From assembly GCA_038890155.1 (NCBI GenBank), contig JAWAFZ010000001.1:1189-65188 (forward strand): a stretch of 64,000 nt of DNA. The letters are read 5' to 3'. This document shows, piece by piece, positions 9,043 through 19,039 of the stretch. Made by a program: the position numbers and the translations under genes. The DNA is from Candidatus Caldarchaeum sp. (GTDB lineage: Archaea > Thermoproteota > Nitrososphaeria_A > Caldarchaeales > Caldarchaeaceae). The first letter of the stretch is position 1; each line of letters begins with the position of its first letter. The notes beneath the pieces were generated by a model. The model was given only the letters and a program-made list of their open reading frames with translations. It searched no databases and was not told the origin of the DNA.

Positions 9043-10014
9043 TCATGGCTTGAAGATTCGCTTGAGAACACGGAGCATGTCGAAGGCTGTGGGTTTGATC
9101 TTCTCCGAAATCTGTGAAAGACGGTTTATCTCTTCCTCGGACAGCATGACATTTCCCGCCAAAGCGTTCTCCAAAGCCTGATGCTTGTTCTTAGCTCCCG
9201 CTATGGCCGTACATCCCTGATGTCCCGCAACCCATGCCAAGGCAGCCTGACCCATCGAAACACCATGCTTCCCCGCAATCTTCTCAAGCTCCACGAACAA
9301 CGTCTCCGCCCTCTTCAGGAATGCCGATGTGTAGAGTATGTTTATTCGCCTTACATAATCAAGGGGCTTATGTTGGCTGCTATACTTTCCCGTGAGAAGA
9401 CCCTGAGCAAGTGGGCTGTATGCGAGAATCGTTATCTTTTCACGTTCACAGTATGGCAGGAGGTCTTTCTCGATCTTCCTCTCGACTAGATTGTATTTCA
9501 CTTGATTAGAGACCACATCCTCTGTCCCTAGACACTCCCTCGCCCTGATGAGAAGCTTGAGGGAGAAGTTGCTCACGCCTATGAAACGTATCTTACCCAT
9601 TTTAACAAGGTCTTCCATCGCCTTCATCGTCTGCCTCAAAGGTATCAATGGGTTGGGAAAATGTATCTGATAGAGGTCGATGGTTTTTAGTCCGAGCCTC
9701 CGAAGGCTTCTCTCGCATGCTTTGATAACCCCTTCGTAAGTCAAATGCGCAGGCGAGACCTTCGACGCAACAAAAACCTCTCCATCAACTTCTTTCAAAG
9801 CCTTTCCCACTATTTCCTCCGACAGGCCTCCGCCGTAAACTTCTGCGGTGTCTATGAGGTTAACTCCCGCCTCAACCGAGGCCTTCACTGCTTCTACGCA
9901 GTCCGCCATAGTGTATGACTTCCCATAACCCCATGAGTTTGAGCCGAACTGCCAAGTTCCAAGACATATGGAAGATACCTTTAAGCCCGTCCGTCCGAGC
10001 TCGACTAACTTCAT
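9043..10014 (-). CDS. aldo/keto reductase
   Basis: 323 aa. N-terminus LGRTGLKVSSICLGTWQFG and the rest of the sequence are AKR-family hallmarks. Confidence 0.9.
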   Translation of the reverse strand: MKLVELGRTGLKVSSICLGTWQFGSNSWGYGKSYTMADCVEAVKASVEAGVNLIDTAEVYGGGLSEEIVGKALKEVDGEVFVASKVSPAHLTYEGVIKACERSLRRLGLKTIDLYQIHFPNPLIPLRQTMKAMEDLVKMGKIRFIGVSNFSLKLLIRARECLGTEDVVSNQVKYNLVERKIEKDLLPYCEREKITILAYSPLAQGLLTGKYSSQHKPLDYVRRINILYTSAFLKRAETLFVELEKIAGKHGVSMGQAALAWVAGHQGCTAIAGAKNKHQALENALAGNVMLSEEEINRLSQISEKIKPTAFDMLRVLKRIFKP

Positions 10015-10061
10015 CGAGAGTAAAAATAGAACCTACATATTAAAACATTGAGCAAATACAG

Positions 10062-11843
10062 TTGATGAGAATAGCTAGGGTGTTCCTCGAGGACAAGACG
10101 GTTGAGGATCTTCGGTTTGAGGACAACTTCGACGGGGGAGTTTGGGGAGGTCGTGGTCTTGGCGTTGGACTCGTCGCCCGCAACTCAGGCGTCAAAGACC
10201 CTCTCGACCCCGAAAGCCCCTTCGTCGTGTCGGTCGGCGGCTTGGCTGGCACCGGCTTCCTGCTCGGAAACAGGCTTACCATGGTTTTCAGGTCTCCTCT
10301 GAGTAGAACAGTTGCCTGGGCTCACACAGGAGGGTACGCAGCCTACGAGCTGGCAAGCCTAGGATATTCAGCCATCTACATCACCGGCAGGTGTGAGACG
10401 CTCTCAACTCTCGTGGTGAGCGACAAGGGTATCTCGGTGGTTGAAGCACCAAGCCTCGCCGGCCTAGGAGCAGTAGAGACTTGTGCAGTCATCCGTGCGG
10501 GCGTTGGGGATGCTAGGGTTTTGTCCATAGGAGTGGCAGGCGAGAAGAGGTCCCAGATAGCAACAATCATAAACGATATGGGAAGGTCCAGCGGGGTTAG
10601 GCATGGTGCTGGAGCGGTCCTCGGCTCTAAAAACCTCAAAGCCATAATCATTAAATCCAAGAAACGCTCTCCCCCACAACCTAAAAACCCGTCTCAGTTC
10701 GCCCAGCTCCTCCGCAGGCTCAAGAAAGCAGTTGACCAGTCTTCCATGCTCAACATAGAGAGAGGATTGCTGGCTGTACACGGAACACCCATCGCCGTTG
10801 AAGCGATAGGAGAGTACGAGGCCCTTCCCGTCAAAAACTATACGTTCACAACCGTTGAGGAATATGCGAGGGTCGGCGGGGTCTCGATGTCCTCATCCGT
10901 GCTAGTCTCACGGTTGACTTGTTCGATGTGCCCAGTTTCATGCAGGAGGGAGACGGTGGGCCACGGGGTCAGAGGCGAGGGCCCTGACTACGCTCAAATC
11001 TCGAGCCTTGGAACGAACTGTCTGGTGTTAGACCATGAGAAGATCGCCTACCTTACCCAGCTGTGCTACGATGCAGGAATCGACCCTATAGAGATGGGCA
11101 ACGTTCTCGCTGTTTACGCCGACCTGAGTGAGAACGGGTACGTGGACTACCAGCTTCCATGGGGTGATTTCAAAAACATGGCCTCATTAATCGAGCTCAC
11201 CGCTAGGAGGGAGGGGTTGGGCGACGTTCTCGCCGGCGGAGCCTACCAAACAGCCAAGGTCTTCAACAACGAGTATGCGGCGCCCACGGTGAAGAACGTC
11301 AGCATCCAGAACGCCGACCCACGTGTCGAGCATGCGTGGGGGTTGATAAACGCCGTCGAGGCCTTCGGCGGAGGTGTGCACGTCTGGGTCTACCCTAGCC
11401 TTGTCAAGAGCTTCGAGAAGATCGGGCTGCAGAGCGTCTTCGCTGGGGCTTCTTCTCAGGAGGAGCTGGCTCTCCGGGTTTACAGGAAACAAGCCGAAGT
11501 AGCTGCCTTGGACTCGCTTGGAGTCTGCGCGTTCTCAAGGATCGCCTTCACCCCTAAAGACTACGTTGAAGGCCTGTCCGCCCTTTACGGCTGCGAGGTC
11601 GGGGAAGAGTTGTTTCACGAAACTGGACTCCGTGTCCTAGCTTTGGAACGCTACTTGAACAGACTGTACGGGTTTGACGAATCCTCAGACGTTCTGCCTA
11701 AGAAATTTCTTGAAGAACCCGTACCGACTGGAAAACACGCCGGCGCCGTCTGCCCGATGGACGAACTAGTGAAACCCTACCATAAACTTTTAAGCGGCAC
11801 CAGCGTCTCGAACTACTTGGCCTGCTTTCCAAAGCTAGATTGA
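10062..11843 (+). CDS. tungsten-containing aldehyde:ferredoxin oxidoreductase (AOR family)
   Basis: 593 aa. The AOR N-terminal domain pattern and overall length both fit. Confidence 0.85.
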   Translation: MMRIARVFLEDKTVEDLRFEDNFDGGVWGGRGLGVGLVARNSGVKDPLDPESPFVVSVGGLAGTGFLLGNRLTMVFRSPLSRTVAWAHTGGYAAYELASLGYSAIYITGRCETLSTLVVSDKGISVVEAPSLAGLGAVETCAVIRAGVGDARVLSIGVAGEKRSQIATIINDMGRSSGVRHGAGAVLGSKNLKAIIIKSKKRSPPQPKNPSQFAQLLRRLKKAVDQSSMLNIERGLLAVHGTPIAVEAIGEYEALPVKNYTFTTVEEYARVGGVSMSSSVLVSRLTCSMCPVSCRRETVGHGVRGEGPDYAQISSLGTNCLVLDHEKIAYLTQLCYDAGIDPIEMGNVLAVYADLSENGYVDYQLPWGDFKNMASLIELTARREGLGDVLAGGAYQTAKVFNNEYAAPTVKNVSIQNADPRVEHAWGLINAVEAFGGGVHVWVYPSLVKSFEKIGLQSVFAGASSQEELALRVYRKQAEVAALDSLGVCAFSRIAFTPKDYVEGLSALYGCEVGEELFHETGLRVLALERYLNRLYGFDESSDVLPKKFLEEPVPTGKHAGAVCPMDELVKPYHKLLSGTSVSNYLACFPKLD

Positions 11844-12278
11844 GCCCACGAAAAGGCTGAGCAACCCAACGCCGAAGTCGAGAATGTCCCTCGAAGATAT
11901 AACCCCTAGAGGCCTCCCCTCTGAATCCACGACAGGAATGTGCCGGATGTTGAAGTCCTTCATCTTCTCAACCACCGACGCAACCAAGTCGTCGACGGAA
12001 GCTGTGACTATATTCCTCGTCATCAAAGACTTCGCTTTCACATCCCTGCCCAGCATAAAGTGCGAGGCAGCGTAGAGGATGTCCCTCTCCGTTATTATGC
12101 CGACGAGCTTGCTCTCACGGTCGACGATCAACACGCTCCCAACCCCCTTCTCCCACATCACCCTCGCAACGTCGTCTATGCTGGCCTCCTCATCGACAGA
12201 GATCGGAGGCCTCGACATCAAGTCCCCAGCCTTCAGGGGAGAGTACTTCAGCGTGCGTTTGAACAAAGGCATAGCCAT
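11835..12278 (-). CDS. CBS-domain pair protein
   Basis: 147 aa carrying two CBS repeats (…GIITERDIL…; …GVISSRDIL…). Confidence 0.8.
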   Translation of the reverse strand: MAMPLFKRTLKYSPLKAGDLMSRPPISVDEEASIDDVARVMWEKGVGSVLIVDRESKLVGIITERDILYAASHFMLGRDVKAKSLMTRNIVTASVDDLVASVVEKMKDFNIRHIPVVDSEGRPLGVISSRDILDFGVGLLSLFVGSI

Positions 12279-12342
12279 TTAACGTCTAACCTATTAAAAA
12301 CGATTTTCACAGCATGACCCGGGAGGCTTTCCACGCCAAAGA

Positions 12343-12350
12343 TTTAAATT
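12343..12350 (+). promoter_or_regulatory. TATA-like box (tttaaatt) about 30 nt upstream of tRNA-Glu
   Basis: Seen directly in sequence. The spacing is compatible with an archaeal tRNA promoter. Confidence 0.35.
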
Positions 12351-12378
12351 ATCAAGCGGGCTGGAGAAGCTGAAGCAA

Positions 12379-12453
12379 GCTCCGGTAGTATAGTCCGGTC
12401 AAGTATACCGGCCTTTCGAGCCGGCGACCCGGGTTCAAATCCCGGCCGGAGCA
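12379..12453 (+). tRNA. tRNA-Glu (anticodon UUC)
   Basis: GCUCCGG…CCGGC/CUUUCGA/GCCGG…CCGGG UUCAAAU CCCGG CCGGAGC A. The acceptor, anticodon and T arms are perfect, with a 7-nt anticodon loop carrying UUC. Confidence 0.75.
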
Positions 12454-12807
12454 TCCATCAATCCGTGAGGAATCCTCCGTCGACGTATCTTGAGAGGTCT
12501 GACGCCGGAAACAAAACCACACGAGGGACTTCGTCAGGCTATCCAAGCCTGCGGAGCCGAATTCCTGAGACGAACCGACAGCCGGTGAATAGGGTCTTTA
12601 TGGCTTCGTTCCCCCGCCTGACGGTCCGGGGTGTGCATAAACCTCCAGACATGACTGCGTTTACGCGGTATCCTTCCGGGTCTTATTAACGGGCAAGCGA
12701 ACGAGTTAGAGCTACGAGACCTATCTTGCTTATGCTGGTGTGTCAAGCCTTTTACGAGATGGAGCAGCGACTCGACGGAGCTTATGTTAGTTATGACACC
12801 TCCCTTA

Positions 12808-12825
12808 ACATGTGCTTACACATGT
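12808..12825. repeat. perfect 7-bp inverted repeat ACATGTG-CTTA-CACATGT (hairpin) in a noncoding gap
   Basis: Seen directly in sequence. Its function is unknown. Confidence 0.4.
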
Positions 12826-12886
12826 AGGAGGCTGACTTGAGGTTGATTGACATCGTTCTTTCAAGGAATGGCTCGCCGACAATGAA

Positions 12887-13135
12887 CTAGTATGTGCCTA
12901 CGTTGTTGCCCAAAACGTCAGGCACGCCGTCGGAAATGCCTTTCCATAGCTCTTCAATTTCATGCCTACTAGACAGGAAAACTACATCGCCCAAGCGTTT
13001 CTTGATCCTCTCCGCAACGTCTCTCACACCTTTCTCGTTGCCGTCGACGAGAACCATGTCAGCACCAGCATCAGCAAGCCTAAAAGCAACCGCACTACCA
13101 AAGCTGAACCTGTAGCCAACGCCTTCCTTCCCTTT
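12887..13135 (-). pseudogene. remnant of a short-chain dehydrogenase/reductase (SDR) gene, N-terminal part only, frameshifted and prematurely stopped
   Basis: The minus-strand translation reads …FRLADAGADMVLVDGNEKGVRDVAERIKKRLGDVVFLSSRHEIEELWKGISDGVPDVLGNNVGTY*. This matches the SDR N-terminus up to the NNAG motif, followed by a stop. The upstream Gly-rich TGxxxGxG region sits in a different frame (KALATGSA…). Confidence 0.4.
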
Positions 13136-13193
13136 AGAGACATAAGGTCTGCTAAAGTCTCATGGAATGATGTTTGGGGTTGTGTTGATAAGG

Positions 13194-13472
13194 TTATCGG
13201 CTTGGGTAGATTTTCACGAGGCTTCCCTGACCGAGCCCGGAGGGCCCTCCTTGGGAGATGGCTTCTTCGGAAAACCTGACTACTAGGTTATCGGCTTCAT
13301 AAACCCCAGTCACCACGCCCTCCCATAAATCGCCTTTGAAGTCTTCGTAGAGGACCTTGGAGCCCACGAGCTTCTGCAGAATTGTTGATTCGAGTGGCGA
13401 GGTTGGCGAAACTATGCAGTCGTCGCCGTCGAAGGCCACAACTATGGCTGAAATCTCTTCCTCCTCAGTCAA
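13194..13472 (-). CDS. hypothetical small protein (TTG start). Only the part of the long ORF that does not lie antisense to thioredoxin is counted.
   Basis: Open frame …AIVVAFDGDDCIVSPTSPLESTILQKLVGSKVLYEDFKGDLWEGVVTGVYEADNLVVRF… with no recognisable motif. Confidence 0.25.
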   Translation of the reverse strand: MTEEEEISAIVVAFDGDDCIVSPTSPLESTILQKLVGSKVLYEDFKGDLWEGVVTGVYEADNLVVRFSEEAISQGGPSGLGQGSLVKIYPSR

Positions 13473-13548
13473 CGTCGGAGGATTTTTCTCGCGAGTTATT
13501 AATTGTTTTGACCCAAGACTTATTAACTGAACATGAAAAGTTAGAACT

Positions 13549-13956
13549 ATGTCCGGAGATGATGAGCTGGAGCGGATAAAGATGCGCAAGCTCGCTGAGA
13601 TGCTTTCAAGCAGGCCGCCCGCGGCACAGCAACCCGTCTCCGAGCCCGTCGAGCTCACCGACCTCAGCTTTGACGACTTTGTTTCAAGGCACGAGTTTGT
13701 GGTGGTTGATTTTTGGGCGGAGTGGTGCGCTCCGTGCAGGGCTATAGCCCCCGTGGTGAAGGAGCTGGCTAGGCAGTACTCAGGCAGGGTTGTGTTTGGA
13801 AAACTCAACGTCGACGAAAACCCAAGAACTGCGGCCATGTTCGGCATAATGAGTATCCCCACGTTGATGTTCTTCAAGAAAGGTAAGCCCGTAGACATGG
13901 TTGTGGGCGCCGTACCTAAGCGTATGCTCGAAACACGTATAGCTCAACATCTTTAA
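13549..13956 (+). CDS. trxA: thioredoxin
   Basis: Active-site motif WAEWCAPCR in a thioredoxin fold, preceded by a ~30-aa N-terminal extension. Confidence 0.9.
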   Translation: MSGDDELERIKMRKLAEMLSSRPPAAQQPVSEPVELTDLSFDDFVSRHEFVVVDFWAEWCAPCRAIAPVVKELARQYSGRVVFGKLNVDENPRTAAMFGIMSIPTLMFFKKGKPVDMVVGAVPKRMLETRIAQHL

Positions 13957-13999
13957 CCAGCTAAAAATATAATACAGTCTTCATCATTCACGTTGCTGG

Positions 14000-14938
14000 A
14001 TGAACACGGTCCTAGAGAGAACACCGCTCGACAACATCCTCATCGGGTTAAAATCGGATTTGGAGAAAAACCTTCTGGACAAAATATCGGGAAGGTCCGA
14101 CAGGTTTTTGATCGAGAGAGCTGTTTCGGGAGGCAAGAGGCTCAGGCCTATCCTTCTCCTCACGGTATTCAAAGCTCTGGGAGGAAAGGAATACCAGAAA
14201 GCTCTAGACGTGGCTGTGGCGCTAGAGCTGGCTCACAGCGCAAGCCTCGTCCACGACGACATAATCGACTTGGACAAGAACCGTAGGGGTGGTAAAACTC
14301 TCTGGGCTCAGATAGGCATGGGCAAGGCTGTTCTTCAGGGTCACCGTATCATAAACTTTGCTTTCGAGATAGTGCTGGACATAGGAGTTGAGATGGCTCG
14401 GATATTTCTTGATGCGTGGGAGAGGGCTTCGAAGGGTATTCTGGACGAAGTGCTGAACAGGTCTGTCCTCACCGAGCGGCTGTACATGTTCATGATAAGG
14501 GAGAAGACTGCATCCCTGTTCGAAGCCGCAGCACACGCCGGTGCTTTACTAGCGGGCGCCAGCCCTGAGCAGATCGAGCTGATGAGAAGGTACGGCCTAG
14601 AGGTTGGGACGGTCTACCAGCTTGCCGACGATTTCGAGGAACTATACGTCAAAAAGAGAATGGGCAGAGCCCTGTACGTCGTGCAGGAGATGAGGGATAG
14701 ATTTCTGCAACTGGTTCTCGCCTCCAAGACTGGAAACACTAAGGGAGTTTTTAGAGCAGTAGCTCCCCTAAATCCTGGCGAGGAGTTTATGAAGAAACAG
14801 ATGGTTGAAAAGCTAAAGTCTTCCATCAACTTAGCGTCAAACCCCATAATACCTGAAACACCTTACAAACAGCTTCTTCAGCATCTCCCCATGTATTTTG
14901 TAAGACAAATGTTCGGCGAAGCCCATCGCCACATTTAA
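14000..14938 (+). CDS. polyprenyl (geranylgeranyl/farnesylgeranyl) diphosphate synthase
   Basis: First Asp-rich motif LVHDDIID, second QLADDFEE, and a GKRLRP motif in a trans-isoprenyl diphosphate synthase fold. Confidence 0.8.
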   Translation: MNTVLERTPLDNILIGLKSDLEKNLLDKISGRSDRFLIERAVSGGKRLRPILLLTVFKALGGKEYQKALDVAVALELAHSASLVHDDIIDLDKNRRGGKTLWAQIGMGKAVLQGHRIINFAFEIVLDIGVEMARIFLDAWERASKGILDEVLNRSVLTERLYMFMIREKTASLFEAAAHAGALLAGASPEQIELMRRYGLEVGTVYQLADDFEELYVKKRMGRALYVVQEMRDRFLQLVLASKTGNTKGVFRAVAPLNPGEEFMKKQMVEKLKSSINLASNPIIPETPYKQLLQHLPMYFVRQMFGEAHRHI

Positions 14939-14966
14939 ACGATGGCTTTCGAACGGTTAGTCGTCT

Positions 14967-16547
14967 TTGGACGTCTTGGCTTACGTTGCAACATCATCAG
15001 CGGCTGTGGCCGCGTCTTGGGCACGGATGGGTATAGCCCTCGCCTTCTCTGTCCTGTTCTCGTTCCTGGTAGGAACCTTGGCGGGAACCAGCAAGTTTTT
15101 TGAAAGAATAGCCATACCCGTGCTGGACGTGCTTCAGTCAATCCCTATCCTGGGCTTCTTCCCAGTAGCCATAATGCTGTTCTACACAATCTTCCCGGTA
15201 ATAGGGGCTGAGATGGCTGCAATCTTCCTAATCTTCACGAGCCAAGTCTGGAACATCACTTTCGCAGTATACGAAGGAACAAGGCTGATCAAGTCAGAGC
15301 TTCTCGACACGGCTCGGTTTCTCGGAATCAGTTGGTTCGAGAAGTTTAGGTATCTTTATGTTCCAGCAACTCTTCCACGTGTATTGTACAACCTCCAGCC
15401 TTCCTGGGCTAACGGCATTTTCTTCCTCGTCGGGAGCGAGATACTCACTTTCGGCGAGACTGAGACGGAGTTGTTTGGACTAGGAACGGTTGTCTCAAGG
15501 TACACGGTTGAAGGCGACACGGTAGGTGTTTTGATAACCCTGTTCATGCTTGTTTTGGCGACTTTGATAACGACGTTCTTCGTCTTCCTCCCCCTAACGC
15601 AGCTTACTGAGCCTAGGAGAAAACCACGTAAAGAGATGCAACGATACGTAAACTTTGTAAGGCGGGTTTTAGGGCCCGCGTTCAGAACCGTCTACCAACC
15701 ATCTCATCTCATCTTCTTCGAGTACAACAAGGCCATCGAACAGCTTACGAGACGTGTCTCCCTGTCCACGTCCCTGGCCAGAGGCGTCCTCTTCTTCCTT
15801 CTAGGGGGGCTGCTGATAGCTCTGCTCATATCTCGAGGAGAGGAGCTGCTGGCCAGGTTTTCCTTCTTAGCGCGGGAAGTCAACGAAGTCGGGCTGGAGA
15901 ACCTTGCCGTCTCCTCGCTTTACTCGCTCGGACGCGTAGCAGCCGCCGTGTCTTTTTCAGTGGCTTGGAGCGTCCCGACAGCTATCTTCATAGCGAGAAG
16001 GGAGAGGCTTTCAGCCACAGCGACAACCTTCATTCAGATACTTGCCTCGATACCGGTCACGGTGGTATACCCCGTCTTCGCCAGCCAGCTGGCCGGCCAG
16101 CCTGAGCTGAGAGCTTTCCTGATGACTATAGCAGCCACGCAGTACTATGTTTTCTTTCAAGTCTACGCGGGAGTCAAGAACATCCCTAAGAATGAGCTGG
16201 AGTTGACGGAGCTTCTGGGTCTTAAGACGCTGGACAGGATTAGGAATGTTTACATGCCTAGGGCGCTTCCGCCGCTAGTCACAGGCTGCATCACAGCTGC
16301 TGGCGGTGCTTGGAACAGCCTAGTGGTTTCGGAGAGGCTTGTGCTCGGCGACGTTGTTGCTGAGACGGATTTGCCTGGTCTGGGTAAGCTTTTGTCGCTG
16401 ATGACGTATGGGGGGAATTTGGTGGGCAGCATCGTCGTCATAACTGTAATGTCCAGCCTGATAGTCTTGATGAACAGGCTTTTCTGGAAGAGGCTCTACG
16501 ATGTTGTTATCTCACGTCTTAAAATTCAAGAAGAGGTTGAGAAGTAG
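14967..16547 (+). CDS. ABC transporter permease, NitT/TauT-type, with two fused permease domains
   Basis: 526 aa polytopic protein with two binding-protein-dependent transport (EAA-loop) domains. Confidence 0.8.
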   Translation: MDVLAYVATSSAAVAASWARMGIALAFSVLFSFLVGTLAGTSKFFERIAIPVLDVLQSIPILGFFPVAIMLFYTIFPVIGAEMAAIFLIFTSQVWNITFAVYEGTRLIKSELLDTARFLGISWFEKFRYLYVPATLPRVLYNLQPSWANGIFFLVGSEILTFGETETELFGLGTVVSRYTVEGDTVGVLITLFMLVLATLITTFFVFLPLTQLTEPRRKPRKEMQRYVNFVRRVLGPAFRTVYQPSHLIFFEYNKAIEQLTRRVSLSTSLARGVLFFLLGGLLIALLISRGEELLARFSFLAREVNEVGLENLAVSSLYSLGRVAAAVSFSVAWSVPTAIFIARRERLSATATTFIQILASIPVTVVYPVFASQLAGQPELRAFLMTIAATQYYVFFQVYAGVKNIPKNELELTELLGLKTLDRIRNVYMPRALPPLVTGCITAAGGAWNSLVVSERLVLGDVVAETDLPGLGKLLSLMTYGGNLVGSIVVITVMSSLIVLMNRLFWKRLYDVVISRLKIQEEVEK

Positions 16548-16570
16548 CGGATGGAAGGCGGTGGAGGCGT

Positions 16571-17332
16571 GTGAGCGAGCCAATAATTAGCGTTGTAGAC
16601 GTCTCGCATAGTTTTTACACTAGGAAAGGCATGAACATAGATGTTCTAAAGAACATGAACATCAACCTTTACTACGGCGAGTTCTTGGGTGTCGTCGGGC
16701 AGAGTGGCTCAGGCAAGACTACGCTTCTCAAGATCATGGCTGGTCTGGTAAAGCCAACCTCGGGAAAAGTCTTGTACAAGTCGAAGCCGCTGAACGGCCC
16801 GACGCCTGCTATATCCCTCGTCTTCCAGGAACCAGCCCTTTTTCCATGGCTGACGGTTCTCGAGAACGTTGTCTTAGCCCTTAAACGGTTTAAAGAGCTC
16901 TCGAAGCAGGAAGCTGTTGAAAGAGCGAGGTCCTATCTTGACATGGTTGGTTTGTCGGGTTTTGAGTATGTTTACCCGGGCGAGCTGAGCGGCGGCATGA
17001 AGCAGAGGGTTGTTCTTGCGAGGGCTTTAGTCACTAACCCGGACGTGCTGTTGATGGATGAGCCGTTCAGCAACGTCGACCCCCTCACGGCCGTGTCGCT
17101 GCGGCGTGAGATCGACATGCTGCGTGCGCATGAAACCCTTCCTCCTTCCTCTGTTCTTCTGGTGTCCCACAACGTCGAGGAGATTGTTGAACTGAGCGAC
17201 AGGGTTGTAGTGCTGAGCGGTAGGCCCGCCGAGGTCAAGGGCGAGATAAGGATTTTGCTGGAGAAGCCACGGGACAGGAGAAGTCCCCTGTTTTATGAGT
17301 ACGTCGACCAGATCTTCACGTTGATGAGTTAA
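16571..17332 (+). CDS. ABC transporter ATP-binding protein (NitT/TauT family)
   Basis: Walker [10 protein letters not shown], the ABC signature LSGGMKQR, and Walker B LLMDEPFS. Confidence 0.9.
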   Translation: MSEPIISVVDVSHSFYTRKGMNIDVLKNMNINLYYGEFLGVVGQSGSGKTTLLKIMAGLVKPTSGKVLYKSKPLNGPTPAISLVFQEPALFPWLTVLENVVLALKRFKELSKQEAVERARSYLDMVGLSGFEYVYPGELSGGMKQRVVLARALVTNPDVLLMDEPFSNVDPLTAVSLRREIDMLRAHETLPPSSVLLVSHNVEEIVELSDRVVVLSGRPAEVKGEIRILLEKPRDRRSPLFYEYVDQIFTLMS

Positions 17333-17835
17333 ACGGTCTTACGAGCTCTTAGCTTGAAAAGCCCAGAATTCCCGTCGTAGCTCAGCAGCTCCGTGTAGAT
17401 CATCCAGTCCATAAGTAGTTCACGTAGTTTCTCCGCGTCCTCTGTGTATTGGACGAGGTTGGGGTCGTTGGACAGATGGTTTACCAAGTCGTCTATGCTG
17501 AAGCCCCTCGGTCTATCTCTAGCCAAATTCAACGCAGTTGAGAAAGGCTCTAGGTTGGGGACTTGCTCCTTCAAAATCCTCTTCTTCCCTTTCGACAGGC
17601 TTTTGCTTACTTTAATCCCTAGCTGGGTGGCAACGCCTTCGCCGTCATGAATCTCGAGTACGCCCAGCATCTCCGCCGCCGTCGAGGCGGGAAGTATCTC
17701 GTCGACTTCCATCTGGAGCTCTCGGGCTATGAAAGCTAGGTCAGCTTTCCCTCCATACGCGACGACGAGCTCGAGGAGGCCTAGGACGGTTCCTAGCCGG
17801 GCGTCGAGGGGGAAGTTTTTCGGCTGTTGCCCCAT
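17329..17835 (-). CDS. hypothetical protein. It may be an ABC-ATPase-associated C-terminal (AAA-associated) domain encoded as a separate gene.
   Basis: 168 aa with no catalytic motif. It is convergent with the ABC ATPase gene and overlaps its stop codon. The family call rests on remembered similarity only. Confidence 0.4.
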   Translation of the reverse strand: MGQQPKNFPLDARLGTVLGLLELVVAYGGKADLAFIARELQMEVDEILPASTAAEMLGVLEIHDGEGVATQLGIKVSKSLSKGKKRILKEQVPNLEPFSTALNLARDRPRGFSIDDLVNHLSNDPNLVQYTEDAEKLRELLMDWMIYTELLSYDGNSGLFKLRARKTV

Positions 17836-17872
17836 ACGCTTGTGTGATTGGGTTCGTCCTAAATTAACGCTT

Positions 17873-19039
17873 CTACGAAAGGTTTAATACAAGCCTCTCG
17901 ACGGCCTCGGCTGCACGCCTAGCTCCGCCCAACTCCCAAACCCTCCTCTGCAGAGTTTCTGCGGCACGGCCCATGAGGTCGTTCGAAAGAACTTCTGAGA
18001 CGATGGACTCGAACACCGAAGCGTTCAGCCTATCCTGCTCCAAAAGCTCGGCGAAACCAAGCCCCCTCGCCTTCAAAGCATTAGCGGTCTGTTCTCCGTG
18101 TTGAGGCGTGGGGATCAGCAGCATCTTCTTACCGTAAGCCATGCATTTTGTGATGAGCGTCAGGCCGCTTCTCCCCACCACCAAGTCCGCGGCGATCATC
18201 AAGCTGTCGAGGTCGTCAACCCAGCTAGATACATAGATAGGCCCTACTCTGAAAGATTCGCCAAGACCGGGCTGAGCCGTTGAGAGGACGTAGCTGAACC
18301 TGCTGCTCAGTCTAGGGGCTATCTCTAAGAACTTTTCGACAAGCCTTCTCTTCTCCTCCAACCCGCCGCTGACGTTTATCAGGACAAGAGGTTTCTCAGA
18401 GCCGCCGTATTCCCTCCTTATACGCATCATCTCCGGCTCTGAGGAGGTCGGCTGGTCGACCAACGGGCCCACGTATAAAACTCTGTCAACGACTTTTTGA
18501 GGGAAGTTGAGAGTTGCTTCGGAAATGGTGTCGGGCGGCGGTAGGTCGGGCACGATTATTACGTCCGACGAGTCCCAGACGAGCTGAGCCGCTTGGAGGG
18601 CTGGCTCGATAAGCCTCGCAGCTCTTCTGTGCCTCCGGGTCTCCAGCAGAAGGTTGTACTGGTTGAGTATTGTGGCTACAGGCTTGTTCATCAACTTGGC
18701 GGCCGCTACGGCGGAGGCTCTGGTGTCTGAGACTACGCAGTCTGCTCCTGTCTCGGAGATGTTCACGACTTCTGCGCCAACCTGTGTCAGGAGACGTGCT
18801 GGAAGAGTGATGTTTTCCTTAATCGTCTTCTTCACGCTGACTACGCCGTCCTCTCCCACTCCATACCTGACTCCGGGAACTCTTGAGGGTGAGAACCCCA
18901 TCCGCTCCAAGTAGGGGACGGCCTGCCCGTACGCCGAGAACGAGACTCCATGCCCCCTTCTCATCAACTCCCTCGCCACGACTAAGCTCCTGGATGCATG
19001 CCCTAGCCCGATGCCGCACACGGCTACATGGATAAACAT
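17873..19039 (-). CDS. GT1-family glycosyltransferase (MGT/UDP-glycosyltransferase-like)
   Basis: N-terminus VCGIGLGHASR and a C-terminal UDP-sugar signature LLIPTPQHGEQTANA…G.G. Confidence 0.7.
   Translation of the reverse strand: MFIHVAVCGIGLGHASRSLVVARELMRRGHGVSFSAYGQAVPYLERMGFSPSRVPGVRYGVGEDGVVSVKKTIKENITLPARLLTQVGAEVVNISETGADCVVSDTRASAVAAAKLMNKPVATILNQYNLLLETRRHRRAARLIEPALQAAQLVWDSSDVIIVPDLPPPDTISEATLNFPQKVVDRVLYVGPLVDQPTSSEPEMMRIRREYGGSEKPLVLINVSGGLEEKRRLVEKFLEIAPRLSSRFSYVLSTAQPGLGESFRVGPIYVSSWVDDLDSLMIAADLVVGRSGLTLITKCMAYGKKMLLIPTPQHGEQTANALKARGLGFAELLEQDRLNASVFESIVSEVLSNDLMGRAAETLQRRVWELGGARRAAEAVERLVLNLS

Noticed and set aside
10376-11492. Several 94-105-aa minus-strand ORFs inside the AOR gene
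   Set aside because: They are antisense to a 593-aa gene with a clear family assignment.
12894-13279. Two plus-strand ORFs (73 and 105 aa)
   Set aside because: They are antisense to the SDR pseudogene remnant and have no motif.
13194-13898. 234-aa minus-strand ORF
   Set aside because: Its upstream two-thirds is antisense to the thioredoxin gene (WCAPC motif, clearly real), and the translation there is Ser/Thr-rich low complexity. Only the 3' ~280 nt might be coding, and these are listed separately with low confidence.
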